The notes beneath the pieces are model-generated. The model had not been told where the DNA came from. It was given only the letters and a program-made list of their open reading frames with translations, and ran no database searches. From Nannocystales bacterium (GTDB lineage Bacteria; Myxococcota_A; Polyangia; Nannocystales; Nannocystaceae): a stretch of 64,000 nt of DNA. Position numbers and translations under genes: made by a program. The DNA is taken from contig JBOEGF010000043.1 in assembly GCA_050633305.1 (NCBI GenBank), positions 1 to 64,000 of the forward strand. Direction: 5' to 3'. Shown piece after piece: positions 10,946 through 20,637 of this stretch (its first letter is position 1; the number at the start of each line of letters is the position of its first letter).

Positions 10946-11307
10946 GGAGCCTCGCGACTGAGGGGAGCGTAGTGGACCCTCGCGGCGTACGGCTAGCCGT
11001 GTCGGGCAGCGCCGCATCGATGGCCGTTGGGGCCCGATCTGCGCCGATTCGCCGCCCATCGGGCCGCGGGGAATCTTCCGCGCGGAGCTTCCTGATGAGG
11101 GGTTGCCGATGGTGGGCGGTCGAGGACCGGGGCACTCGAGCCCCGCTCGGCAGCTGTTCCGGGCCGACGATTCGGTCCGTCCCCGCACCGCTCAGCCGCC
11201 ATCGAGCTACGACCGCCCCTCGCGCAGTGCGGTTCCGCGCCGCCGAACGTGCTCCGTTGCGTGGCCTTTGTCGACGGAAGCAACGGCGGGGACTTGGGTG
11301 TTTCCCC

Positions 11308-12090
11308 CTACGGGGTCGGGTCGCTCTCCTCGCCGAACCAGAGCACCGCGTATCCATCGGAGATCCCAACCCCGACCGCGTTCCACGTCAGGTTTGCCCA
11401 TGTTCCTTCGTTGAGCATCACAGCGTTGTGACCGGCGCTGCCCTTCCAAAGCTCGAGCGCTTCTGCAGGGCCGAGCGCGCCGCCGCCCCCCGCCGCGTTT
11501 TCATAGCCATTGCCCGGGTACGCGGTCAGCTCGCGAGGCTTGTCCCACATGCATTGCGCCGCAGCGTGATCGGAGGTGTAGCAGCACCCCGACCATGGCC
11601 CGGCGTCCGACCAGCTGTGGAGGTTGCATTCGGCGGCGCTGTGCGGCGCCTCCGTCGCGAGGTCTTGGACGTGGAGATCTCCGACGGTGCATAGCGAGCT
11701 GCTGGCCGGGATCGGTCCGAGGGCGTTCTCGGCTCGGTACTCGTTGAGCAGGTCGATGAGTGTCAACGCGTCAGGGCTGCAACCGGCAGGGGGGGAATCC
11801 CCGGTACTCTCGCTCCCCGCGTCGCCCGTCGACCCACCCGCGGTGGCCGAGGGATCCGTTGCGGTAGGGTCGGGATCGCTCGTCGTGGAATCATTGCTTG
11901 GATCGGCGTCGGTATCCGCGGTGGACGTGCTCGAGGGACCGGTCGGCGTGCTCGTCGTCGGAGCCCCAGACTCCCCGGTGGCACCGCTCTCGGTGTCGGG
12001 GTCCCAGGCGTCGGTCCCCGAATTTGCGCCGTCATCCGTATCGCAGGCCAGCATCCCCAGAAGCAGCGTCCAACAGCCGAATCTACGCAT
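11308..12090 (-). CDS. CAP (SCP) domain lipoprotein
   Basis: Lipobox GMLAC, Thr/Asp-rich linker, LNEYRAENAL...ENAA...WKGSAGHNAVML. Confidence 0.88.
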   Translation of the reverse strand: MRRFGCWTLLLGMLACDTDDGANSGTDAWDPDTESGATGESGAPTTSTPTGPSSTSTADTDADPSNDSTTSDPDPTATDPSATAGGSTGDAGSESTGDSPPAGCSPDALTLIDLLNEYRAENALGPIPASSSLCTVGDLHVQDLATEAPHSAAECNLHSWSDAGPWSGCCYTSDHAAAQCMWDKPRELTAYPGNGYENAAGGGGALGPAEALELWKGSAGHNAVMLNEGTWANLTWNAVGVGISDGYAVLWFGEESDPTP

Positions 12091-12327
12091 GTGGCGCAGC
12101 TTACCAAAGACTCGGAGCCGATGACCTCGGGGCTCGGATCCGCGTCTCCCCTGCGTCAACCCCGCCGTGTGGGTTCACGCGCGTTGTGTCAGATGCGGGC
12201 GGGCGGTCCATAGGATAGGTTCGTCGCCCGCTACGGCACCCGGCCGCAGCCCGTCCACTGATCCCACGCCGGCATCGGCGCCTAGCCACACCGCATCTGC
12301 GCCCCCGATGTCCCGCACGGACGCTCC

Positions 12328-13641
12328 ATGAACGTTCTCATCAACATCTTCAAGCTGCCCGAGCTCCGCAAGCGGGTGCTCTTCACCCTGGGCATGCTCG
12401 CCGTCTATCGGCTCGGTGTCTTCATCGCGGTGCCCGGCGTTGACCGGACCGTGATGTCCGAACTGGTCAACTCCGGTTCGGGTGGCTTCCTGGGCTACTT
12501 CAACATGTTCACCGGTGGTGCACTGGAGCAGGTCTCCGTGTTCGCGCTTGGGATCATGCCGTACATCAGCGCGTCCATCATCATGCAGTTGATGACGGTC
12601 GTCATTCCGCGGCTCGAACAGCTGAGCAAGGAAGGCGAGACCGGGAAGCGCAAGATCAACCAGTACAGCCGATACGGCACGGTGGGCCTGGCGTTCGTCC
12701 AGGGCTACTTCATCGCCAACTGGCTCGAGTCACAGAACTCGGCCGGATCGCAGCTGGTGCTCGAACCGGATGGGTTTGGGTTCGAGTTCATGACGGTGCT
12801 GACGTTGACCGGCGGCACCGTGTTCTTGATGTGGCTCGGTGAACAGATCACCGAGCGCGGCATCGGGAACGGCATCTCGCTGATCATCTTCGGAGGCATC
12901 ATCGCCAACTTCCCCTCGGCGATGTACCAGCTGTTCCAGAAGATGCAGGACGACCCGGAGAACTTCGGTCCGATGACGATCGCGATTCTCGGCCTGGGTG
13001 CAGTCCTGGTCATCGCCTTCATCGTGATGATGGAGCGAGGGCAGCGGCGCATCACCGTCCAGTACGCCAAGCGTGTCGTTGGGCAGCGAATGTTCGGCGG
13101 CAACGCCAACTACCTCCCGCTGCGAATCAACAGCGCCGGCGTCATCCCGCCGATCTTCGCGTCGTCGATCCTGATGTTCCCCAGCCAGATCGCTGCGTGG
13201 AGCCAGAACGAGTGGCTGCAGAAGCTCTCCGAAGCCCTTCGGTACGACGGTTGGCTGTACATCACGGTCTACGTCGCGATGTGCGTGTTCTTCACGTACT
13301 TCTACACGGCGATTCAGTTCAACCCCACGGACGTCGCCGACAACCTCAAAAAGCAGAACGCGTCTGTGCCCGGCATTCGACCCGGCAAGCGCACGGCCGA
13401 GTACATCGACTACGTGCTCAACCGGCTGACCTTTGTAGGCGCTTGGTACATCTCCGCCGTCTGCGTGTTGCCCACCTTCCTGCAGACGAAGTTCAACGTC
13501 CCGTTCTACTACGGCGGCACGTCGCTGCTGATCGTCGTCGGTGTTGCTCTCGACACCGCCCAGCAGATCGAAAGCCATCTCGTGACGCGTTCGTACGAAG
13601 GCTTCGCCGGTCCTCGAGGCGGTCGAGGTCGACGCAAGTAG
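12328..13641 (+). CDS. secY: Preprotein translocase subunit SecY
   Basis: [53 protein letters not shown]. Confidence 0.99.
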   Translation: MNVLINIFKLPELRKRVLFTLGMLAVYRLGVFIAVPGVDRTVMSELVNSGSGGFLGYFNMFTGGALEQVSVFALGIMPYISASIIMQLMTVVIPRLEQLSKEGETGKRKINQYSRYGTVGLAFVQGYFIANWLESQNSAGSQLVLEPDGFGFEFMTVLTLTGGTVFLMWLGEQITERGIGNGISLIIFGGIIANFPSAMYQLFQKMQDDPENFGPMTIAILGLGAVLVIAFIVMMERGQRRITVQYAKRVVGQRMFGGNANYLPLRINSAGVIPPIFASSILMFPSQIAAWSQNEWLQKLSEALRYDGWLYITVYVAMCVFFTYFYTAIQFNPTDVADNLKKQNASVPGIRPGKRTAEYIDYVLNRLTFVGAWYISAVCVLPTFLQTKFNVPFYYGGTSLLIVVGVALDTAQQIESHLVTRSYEGFAGPRGGRGRRK

Positions 13642-13749
13642 ACTCGAACACGCGTTCGAGTGGGTCACGGCTCCGGGTGCATCATGCTCCGGGGCCGTCC
13701 GTTTTTGCGGACCGTCCGAAGCGCCGACTCTGCTAAAGTCCATGCCGCA

Positions 13750-14388
13750 ATGGCAGAGTCGAGCCGCACCGGAATCATGTTGATCGGAGCCCCCGGATCG
13801 GGGAAGGGCACCCAAGCGAAGAAGCTCAAGGAGTCCCTTGGCTACGCGCACGTCAGCACTGGCGATCTGCTGCGGGCGGCCGTCAAGCAAGGAACCGAAC
13901 TGGGCAAGCAGGCCAAGAGCTTCATGGACGCAGGCGGTCTGGTGCCGGACGAACTCGTGATCGGTCTGCTCGAGGAAGCGCTGACCAAGCCCGAGACGGA
14001 GCAGGGCTTCATCCTCGACGGCTTCCCGCGGACTGCGGTCCAAGCCGAGGCTCTCGACGCCAAGGTCTCGCTCGACAAGGTGATCTACATGAAGGTGCCG
14101 TTCGAGCTGATCGAGGAACGCATCACCGGCCGACGCATGTCCAAGTCCGGCCACGTCTATCACGTGAAGTACAACCCGCCTGAGAACGAAGGCGTTTGCG
14201 ACGTCACGGGTGAAGACCTCTACCAGCGCTCCGACGACACACCAGCGAAGGTCCAAGAGCGCCTCGACAAGTTCGTGGCGGAGACCCAGCCGGTCGTGCC
14301 GCGATACCAGGCCAAAGGGATCGTGGTCGAGGTCGACGGCGTCGGGACCCCCGATGAGGTCTTCGCTCGCATCAACGCGGTCCTGTGA
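13750..14388 (+). CDS. adk: Adenylate kinase
   Basis: GAPGSGKGTQ, STGDLLR, GFILDGFPRT, QRSDD; ATG at 13750. Confidence 0.98.
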   Translation: MAESSRTGIMLIGAPGSGKGTQAKKLKESLGYAHVSTGDLLRAAVKQGTELGKQAKSFMDAGGLVPDELVIGLLEEALTKPETEQGFILDGFPRTAVQAEALDAKVSLDKVIYMKVPFELIEERITGRRMSKSGHVYHVKYNPPENEGVCDVTGEDLYQRSDDTPAKVQERLDKFVAETQPVVPRYQAKGIVVEVDGVGTPDEVFARINAVL

Positions 14389-14506
14389 TCTCCGAAGGAC
14401 CCTTCGCAAGGGTCCCTCACTGCGGCAGCAAAGCTGCCTTCGCTTCATCCTCCCAACGGTCGCCCTGTCGGGCTCCTGCTCCCGCGCCTGCTTCTATCGA
14501 TCGCTG

Positions 14507-14869
14507 ATGACGACGCGCATCTTCAAGATCTACACGGCGCCCCAATGGGAGCGCCGTGTCTCTTTGGGACATCTCGCCTGGGCACCCGTCGACGAAACGG
14601 ACGGCTTCGTGCACCTCAGCGCGCTTCATCAGGTCCTCGCGACCGCGAACAAACACTTCGCGGGGCAGCAGGGCCTGGTGCTCGTGGAGATCGATCCCGA
14701 TGCCTTGCCCGCTCAAAGCCTGCGCTGGGAGGTCAGCAGGGGCGGGGATCGCTTCCCGCACGTCTACGCCTCGATTCCGCTCGAGGCCGCCCGCTCTCAC
14801 TGGCAATTCCCGCCTGGAGCCGCTGGATTCGCGCTGCCAGCGGCGCTTCAGCCCGGCGATCAGGCATAG
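14507..14869 (+). CDS. DUF952 family protein
   Basis: IFKI...DETDGFVHLS...LRWEVSRGGDRFPHVY. Confidence 0.9.
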   Translation: MTTRIFKIYTAPQWERRVSLGHLAWAPVDETDGFVHLSALHQVLATANKHFAGQQGLVLVEIDPDALPAQSLRWEVSRGGDRFPHVYASIPLEAARSHWQFPPGAAGFALPAALQPGDQA

Positions 14870-15024
14870 GTGAACGTCTGCACCCGATGCGCTACACAGG
14901 CCTGCAAGGGCGTGTAGGACCCGTTCTACGCCCGTTCTTGAGATTTGCGCCCGATGCGCGGTTTGCGGGGATCGCGATCGCGCGGGGTCTCACGCCGGGC
15001 CAAAAAACCTCCGGCCGGGGGGGG

Positions 15025-15053
15025 TGGACTTCGCTAGAAGGTGCCTCTATATT
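15025..15053 (+). promoter_or_regulatory. Sigma70-type promoter of the infA-like/rpmJ/alpha operon
   Basis: TGGACT-17 nt-TATATT followed by GC-rich discriminator ccggcgc. Confidence 0.6.
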
Positions 15054-15134
15054 CCGGCGCTCCGTGGCCTGGGTCAGCACTCAGGCCACTTCGTTCTGCC
15101 TAACCCCAAGTTCTCTACCCGAGACCTTACTTTG

Positions 15135-15401
15135 ATGAACCCCGACGTTGCGGTCGTGAACGCCACAATCCTGGCCGACCTCCCCCAACGTCTCTATCGC
15201 CTCAAAACGGAGGGCGGCTCTCAACTCGTCGCCGGTCTGTCCCCTGAAGTCCAACGCCTCGGTACCACCTACAAGCCTGGAGATAGAGTGCGGGTTCGCC
15301 CCGCTGCCAGCGACCTCGGTCGCGGGACCATCCTCGGGCCCTCCGTCGAACCGCCAACGCCCAGCCAGCCACCTCCCGATCCCGGGACGGGGCCCGAGTA
15401 A
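15135..15401 (+). CDS. Highly divergent translation initiation factor IF-1-like OB-fold protein
   Basis: Canonical infA position; aligns by eye with IF-1 (LP..YRL...G..L.A.LS...PGDRVRV...DL.RG.I), but core motifs are altered and a Pro-rich tail is added. Confidence 0.7.
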   Translation: MNPDVAVVNATILADLPQRLYRLKTEGGSQLVAGLSPEVQRLGTTYKPGDRVRVRPAASDLGRGTILGPSVEPPTPSQPPPDPGTGPE

Positions 15402-15503
15402 CCGGCTCCTCGACAACGCCGAAGCCACCGACCACCAAGACAGCCCATGACCTTTGAAAGCCCCCCTTACGAGATGCGATATCGACCAGCGAGCCCCCTG
15501 ACG

Positions 15504-15617
15504 ATGAAAGTCCGAGCCAGCGTCAAGAAGATCTGCGAGAAGTGCAAGGTGATCCGCCGCCGCGGTGTGGTGCGTGTCATTTGCGAAAACCCCAAGCACA
15601 AGCAGAGGCAGGGCTAA
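15504..15617 (+). CDS. rpmJ: 50S ribosomal protein L36 (Zn-ribbon form)
   Basis: Translated by hand: [37 protein letters not shown] (too short for the ORF track). Confidence 0.98.
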   Translation: MKVRASVKKICEKCKVIRRRGVVRVICENPKHKQRQG

Positions 15618-15619
15618 TC

Positions 15620-15991
15620 ATGGCTCGTATCTCTGGAGTCGACCTGCCCAAGGGCAAGCGCATCGCGATTGCGCTGACCTACATCTACGGCGTCGGCACG
15701 AACACCGCGACGCGCATCCTCAAGCAGTCTGGCGTGGGTCCCTCGGTTCGAACCGATGACCTCACCGACGAGCAAGTGAGCGCGATCCGTCAGACCATCG
15801 AAGGCGACTTCAAAGTCGAAGGTGACCTTCGGCGCGAAGTCCAAGGCAGCATCAAGCGCCTCATGGACCTCGGTTGCTACCGCGGACTTCGCCATCGTAG
15901 AGGTCTCCCTTGCCGCGGGCAGCGGACGCACACGAACGCGCGGACACGCAAAGGCCCCAAGCGAGCCACCGTCTCCGGCAAGAAGAAGTAA
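15620..15991 (+). CDS. rpsM: 30S ribosomal protein S13
   Basis: [36 protein letters not shown]. Confidence 0.99.
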   Translation: MARISGVDLPKGKRIAIALTYIYGVGTNTATRILKQSGVGPSVRTDDLTDEQVSAIRQTIEGDFKVEGDLRREVQGSIKRLMDLGCYRGLRHRRGLPCRGQRTHTNARTRKGPKRATVSGKKK

Positions 15992-15999
15992 GGCAGCAA

Positions 16000-16383
16000 A
16001 TGGCTCAAGCACGAGGAAAGAAGCGCGTTCGCAAGAACATCTCGACCGGGGTGGTGCACATCCAGTCGACGTTCAACAACACGCTGGTCAGCATCACCGA
16101 CGTCAACGGCAACGTCATCGCATGGGCTTCGGCCGGTGTGCGTGGCTTCAAGGGCTCCCGCAAGTCCACGCCGTTCGCTGCTCAGCTCGCCGCCGACGAA
16201 GCGTCGAAGCGAGCTCAGGACCACGGTCTTCAAACGGTCTCCATCCGGATCACGGGCCCCGGAGCAGGACGAGAGTCCGCACTTCGCGGAATCCAGTCCT
16301 CCGGCCTTCGCGTCACATCCATCAAGGACGTGACTCCCATTCCGCACAACGGCTGCCGGCCTCCCAAGCGTCGCCGCGTCTAA
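16000..16383 (+). CDS. rpsK: 30S ribosomal protein S11
   Basis: [35 protein letters not shown]. Confidence 0.99.
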   Translation: MAQARGKKRVRKNISTGVVHIQSTFNNTLVSITDVNGNVIAWASAGVRGFKGSRKSTPFAAQLAADEASKRAQDHGLQTVSIRITGPGAGRESALRGIQSSGLRVTSIKDVTPIPHNGCRPPKRRRV

Positions 16384-16418
16384 CTGCGCTTCTCGAGATT
16401 CTGTAAGGACCGTTTAAG

Positions 16419-17048
16419 ATGGCTCGCTACACCGGACCCACCTGTCGCCTTTGCCGCCGCGAAGACGCGCAGCTCTACCTCAAAGGCGATCGCTGCTTCT
16501 CCCAGAAGTGCGGCTACGAGCGCCGCCCATATCCCCCCGGCCAGCACGGCCAGGGTCGCAAGCGTCGTCCCAGCGACTACGGCCAGCAGCTTCGCGAGAA
16601 GCAGAAGGTCAAGCGCATGTACGGCCTGCTTGAGAAGCAGTTCCGTGGCTACTACTACCGCGCATCCCGCATGAAGGGCGTCACCGGCGAGAACCTTCTC
16701 AGCCTGCTTGAGCGTCGTCTCGACAACGTGACCCTGCGGCTTGGCTTCGGTTCCAGCCACGCTGAGTGCCGTCAGCTCACCACGCACGGTCACTTCCGGA
16801 TCAACGGCAAGAAGGTCGACATCCCCAGCTACCTCGTCAAGCAAGGCGACGTGATTGAGGTCTGCGAGCCGAGCCGCAAGATTCAGAAGGTCGTGGACGC
16901 GTTGGCCAAGGTCGATCGCACGCCGTCCCCGGGCTGGCTCGAGCTGGACAAGGACGCCTTCAAGGGCAAGGTCACCTCGCTTCCCGCCCGCAGTGACATT
17001 GCCGCTGAGATCGACGAACAGCTCATCGTCGAGCTCTACTCCAAGTAA
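16419..17048 (+). CDS. rpsD: 30S ribosomal protein S4 (Cys/Zn-type N-terminus)
   Basis: [33 protein letters not shown]. Confidence 0.99.
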   Translation: MARYTGPTCRLCRREDAQLYLKGDRCFSQKCGYERRPYPPGQHGQGRKRRPSDYGQQLREKQKVKRMYGLLEKQFRGYYYRASRMKGVTGENLLSLLERRLDNVTLRLGFGSSHAECRQLTTHGHFRINGKKVDIPSYLVKQGDVIEVCEPSRKIQKVVDALAKVDRTPSPGWLELDKDAFKGKVTSLPARSDIAAEIDEQLIVELYSK

Positions 17049-17121
17049 CCCTTCGGGAACTCCCCCGACCTCAGGCACCCCGAGTACGCCGAGTCATCCC
17101 CCCAAGAGCGCAGGACAGCCG

Positions 17122-18129
17122 ATGCAAGACACGAACACCATCGCGAGAAACTGGCGAGACCTCATCCGGCCCAAGAAGCTGGACGCGGACAACAACTCGC
17201 TCAGCGACGCCTACGGAAAGTTCACCTGCGAGCCGCTCGAGCGCGGCTACGGGATCACGCTCGGCAACAGCCTGCGGCGTGTGCTTCTCAGCTCCCTGCA
17301 AGGCGCTGCGGTCACCTCGGTGCGTATCGAAGGTGCGCTGCACGAGTTCACGACCATCGAGGGCGTCGTTCAGGACGTCACCGACATCATCCTCAACGTC
17401 AAGTCGCTCCGTCTTCAGATGGACGACGCCACGCCCCGCACGATCCAGATCGACAAGCAGGGCGAAGGGGACGTCAAGGCTTCGGACATCATCGCGCCGA
17501 CCGGCCTGCACGTGCTCGACCCCGAGCAAACCCTCGCGACGCTGTCCAACGGTGGACAGCTGAAGATGGAGATGACGGTCGAGATGGGACGCGGTTACGC
17601 GACCGCCGACCAGAACAAGAAAGAGGGCCAGCCGATCGGTGTCATTCCGATCGACAGCCTCTTCTCGCCCATCCACAAGGTGAACTATCGGGTGACCAAC
17701 GCCCGGGTCGGACAAAGAACCGACTACGACCGTCTGGTGCTCGAGATCTGGACCGACGGCTCAGTCCGTCCCGACGACGCTGTGGCGTTTGCGGCCAAGA
17801 TCCTCAAGGAGCAGCTCTCGATCTTCATCAACCGCGAAGAGATCGAAGAGGCGACCACCGCCGAGCCGTCCGAAGAGGACAAGCTCAACGAGTACCTGTG
17901 GCGCTCGGTCGACGAGCTGGAGCTCAGCGTCCGCTCGGCGAACTGCCTGCAGAACGCCAACATCCACTACATCGGCGACCTGGTCCAAAAGACCGAGGCC
18001 GAGATGCTCAAGACCAAGAACTTCGGTCGCAAATCTCTCAAAGAGATCAAAGAGATTCTCGCGCAGATGGGTCTCTCGCTCGGGATGAAGATCCCGAACT
18101 GGCAGGGACCACCCCCTGCGCACGACTAA
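17122..18129 (+). CDS. rpoA: RNA polymerase alpha subunit
   Basis: [46 protein letters not shown] at 17122. Confidence 0.99.
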   Translation: MQDTNTIARNWRDLIRPKKLDADNNSLSDAYGKFTCEPLERGYGITLGNSLRRVLLSSLQGAAVTSVRIEGALHEFTTIEGVVQDVTDIILNVKSLRLQMDDATPRTIQIDKQGEGDVKASDIIAPTGLHVLDPEQTLATLSNGGQLKMEMTVEMGRGYATADQNKKEGQPIGVIPIDSLFSPIHKVNYRVTNARVGQRTDYDRLVLEIWTDGSVRPDDAVAFAAKILKEQLSIFINREEIEEATTAEPSEEDKLNEYLWRSVDELELSVRSANCLQNANIHYIGDLVQKTEAEMLKTKNFGRKSLKEIKEILAQMGLSLGMKIPNWQGPPPAHD

Positions 18130-18174
18130 TCGCGGCAGCGCGCCCCGATTCGACTACCTTCGAAAGCCACTACG

Positions 18175-18588
18175 ATGCGACATCGCAAAGCAGGACGACA
18201 ACTCGGACGCAACTCGGCCCACCGCAAGGCGATGTGGCGCAACATGGTCACTTCGCTCATCGAGCATGGCCGTATTCGCACCACCGAAGCCAAGGCCAAG
18301 GAACTCCGCGGCTTCGCTGAGAAGACGATCACCAAGGCTATCCGCGTGGCAGACATCGTCGCCAAAGACGCGGATGACCGGAGCATGGAAGAGAAGACCC
18401 GCTTGGTTCACGCCGTGCGCGTCGCAGGCCGAATGGTCCGCGGTCGGGACCAGCTTCACAAGCTGTTCCACGAGGTTGCTCCTCAGCTCACCAGCCGTCC
18501 CGGTGGCTACACCCGGATCACCAAGGTCGGACCCCGACCCGGCGATGCAGCTCCGATGGCGTACGTCGAGATCATCTTCGACAACTGA
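18175..18588 (+). CDS. rplQ: 50S ribosomal protein L17
   Basis: MRHRKAGRQLGR, RPGGYTRI, RPGDAAPMA. Confidence 0.99.
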   Translation: MRHRKAGRQLGRNSAHRKAMWRNMVTSLIEHGRIRTTEAKAKELRGFAEKTITKAIRVADIVAKDADDRSMEEKTRLVHAVRVAGRMVRGRDQLHKLFHEVAPQLTSRPGGYTRITKVGPRPGDAAPMAYVEIIFDN

Positions 18589-18621
18589 TCCGCAACTGTT
18601 CCGCCTCCAGGCGTCAGTCCG

Positions 18622-18653
18622 AAAACCCCTCTGCCTTGGCAGCGGGGTTTTTT
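18622..18653 (+). terminator. Intrinsic terminator after rplQ
   Basis: aaaacccctctgcc-tt-ggcagcggggtttttt. Confidence 0.85.
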
Positions 18654-18743
18654 CGTGGTTGGGCAGCAGGCGAGGAGCGGCAGGAAACCGTCGCAATCGC
18701 AGGTTTTTTCGTTCATCGCGCCTGCGCGCCTACATTTGCGCAC

Positions 18744-18998
18744 ATGGGCAGTTCTGCGCTGGGGTCTCTCGTTCCCGTCACGCTGGTCCTCTGTGCGTTG
18801 CTGTTTGCGGCACTGTGGATGCGTCGACGGCTGGAGCAGGGGAGCGGAGGAGGCGAAAGCGTCCGCCTGACCGGCGAACACGCGGTCCACGTCGTGACCG
18901 TCGAGGGCCGTCGCTGGATGTTGGGAACCGGCCCGGCGGGTCCACCGACCTTGCTGGCGGAGCTCGCCACGACTCCGTCGGAGACGTCCGGTGGCTGA
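18744..18998 (+). CDS. fliO: FliO-like small bitopic membrane protein
   Basis: One TM helix ending WMRRR, then VRLTGEHAVHVVTVEGRRWMLGTG...LLAEL, matching the FliO beta-domain pattern; directly upstream of the fliP-like gene. Confidence 0.65.
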   Translation: MGSSALGSLVPVTLVLCALLFAALWMRRRLEQGSGGGESVRLTGEHAVHVVTVEGRRWMLGTGPAGPPTLLAELATTPSETSGG

Positions 18999-19602
18999 GG
19001 TGTCGCCGACGATCTGGATCTGGGTGGGGCTGGCGGCGCTCCCCTTGGTGCTCGCGTTGTGCACCGCGTTCACCAAGTCTCTGGTGGTCGTTGGCGCCCT
19101 GAGAACCGGACTGGGTGCGGAGACGTTCCTGCCGTGGCCCATCGTGTTGGCGGTCGCCACGGTGATCACAGGCGTGGTCATGTTGCCCGTCGCGAACGCG
19201 TTGGCCCTTGCTTTGGAGTCGGTTGGCGGCCTCCAGTCGGTGATCCAAGCTCCCGCGGAGCATGCCGCGGCGCTGTTGCAGCCGCTCTTGGAGTTCACGC
19301 ATCGACACGCCGATGCGGCCGAGCTGGAGTTCTTCTCGGAGTTGCAGGGGCGTTCGCCGCAGCAGGCATGGGTCAGCGTTCCCGCATTCCTGGTGACCGA
19401 GTTGACCGAGGCGTTGGCCATTGCGGTGGTGATCTTGGTGCCGTTCGTTCTCGCCGACCTCGTCGTCAGCCAAGCGCTGATGCTCGGTGGGCTGGCTTCC
19501 GTACCGCAGCCGCTGGTGAGCGTGCCGGTGAAGTTGTTGTTGTTTCTCGCTGTCGGCGGCTGGGACGTCGTCATCGGCGGACTGGTGAAGGGATACGCAT
19601 GA
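18991..19602 (+). CDS. fliP: Divergent FliP/SctR export-gate subunit
   Basis: CTAFTK..VV.ALRTGLG, PAFLVTELTEA, VPFVLADLVVS, SVPVKLLLFLAVGGW match the FliP family motifs. Confidence 0.9.
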   Translation: MAEVSPTIWIWVGLAALPLVLALCTAFTKSLVVVGALRTGLGAETFLPWPIVLAVATVITGVVMLPVANALALALESVGGLQSVIQAPAEHAAALLQPLLEFTHRHADAAELEFFSELQGRSPQQAWVSVPAFLVTELTEALAIAVVILVPFVLADLVVSQALMLGGLASVPQPLVSVPVKLLLFLAVGGWDVVIGGLVKGYA

Positions 19603-19892
19603 CCGAGTTGTTCGACATCGTTCGAGACATGTTGATGCTGGCAGTGACAGTGCTTCTGCCGCTGGTCCTGGCGGGCGTGGCGGGGGCCGTGATCGGCGGG
19701 CTCGTGGTCTTGTGGTTGGGATTGCAGGACCAAAGCCTGGCAACGATGATCCGCGGGCTTTCGGTTCTGGCCGCCCTGGCATTCACCGGCGCGGCCGCGT
19801 TCGACGGTGCGGTGGAGCAGACCGTCGCGGCGTGGGGCCATGTCGAGAGTCTCGGCCACGATGGCGTGGCCCTGGACCTCGATGGGTCTTGA
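19599..19892 (+). CDS. fliQ: Divergent FliQ/SctS export-gate subunit
   Basis: ATGA overlap with fliP; 97 aa with two hydrophobic helices and LQDQSL (cf. IQEQTL). Confidence 0.75.
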   Translation: MTELFDIVRDMLMLAVTVLLPLVLAGVAGAVIGGLVVLWLGLQDQSLATMIRGLSVLAALAFTGAAAFDGAVEQTVAAWGHVESLGHDGVALDLDGS

Positions 19893-20595
19893 GGCGCACC
19901 TCGCCGGGGCGTCGCTGCTCGCGTTGCGCTGGTTCGTCGTGCTTCGAGTTCAGCCGCACTGGACCGCCGCGGTGGGCCCACTTTGGTGGCCGGTCGCTGC
20001 CGCCATCGCGGTTGGCCTCGGGGCTAGCGCGGAGGCGTCTCCGGTCGTGCTGGAGTCGGCGTCCGCGTGGATCTCCGCGGTCGCCATGGAACTCCTGCTC
20101 GGGGCGGGCATCGGGATCCTTGCCAGCCTGCCCGCCTATGCGTTGCTGGGGGGGGCGACGGCCTCGGCCGCGGCATTGCGCACCACTCCGGCGCCGCTCG
20201 TTCGGATGAGCGTCAGCGGTGCCCTGGTCGCTGCGCTGTGTCTGCGTTTGCACCACCCTGCCTTGGTGGTTCTTCGGGACCAGGCGACTCTCCTCCCGCC
20301 GGCACGTCCCGAGCTGTGGCTGCCAGGGGTCTCCGAGCTCCCCGGGATTCTTGCGGTGCATCTGGACGGAATGCTGATGCTGGCGCTGACGCTCGCGACG
20401 CCGGTCCTGCTGACCGTCGTGATCTTGCGAGCGGTCGGGTCGGTCGTCGGCTCCGGACCCGCGGTCTCTCGGCCGATCTCGGGCGGTGTGGCCCCGGCGC
20501 TGGCAACCATCGGGGCCCTGATGGCGTTCGCCGCATCGTGGGCCGTGTATCCGGTGGGCTGGGCACGGAGCGCGGTGTCCGTCGCGGCCGGCTGA
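19882..20595 (+). CDS. fliR: Divergent FliR/SctT export-gate subunit
   Basis: Polytopic; AMELLLGAGIGIL (cf. E..IG...G) and LALTLATPVLL (cf. AL.LA.P); follows the fliQ-like gene; ATG at 19882. Confidence 0.7.
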   Translation: MGLEAHLAGASLLALRWFVVLRVQPHWTAAVGPLWWPVAAAIAVGLGASAEASPVVLESASAWISAVAMELLLGAGIGILASLPAYALLGGATASAAALRTTPAPLVRMSVSGALVAALCLRLHHPALVVLRDQATLLPPARPELWLPGVSELPGILAVHLDGMLMLALTLATPVLLTVVILRAVGSVVGSGPAVSRPISGGVAPALATIGALMAFAASWAVYPVGWARSAVSVAAG

Positions 20596-20637
20596 CAGGA
20601 CCCCGGTCGTTTCGTCGCGTTGCTACACTGCCCTGGC

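Noticed and set aside
18744..20595. Calling the fli-like genes pseudogenes or a standard injectisome
   Set aside because: Frames are intact and coupled, a FliO-like gene argues for flagellar ancestry, and no sctV, sctN or sctC is visible; left open pending a whole-genome search
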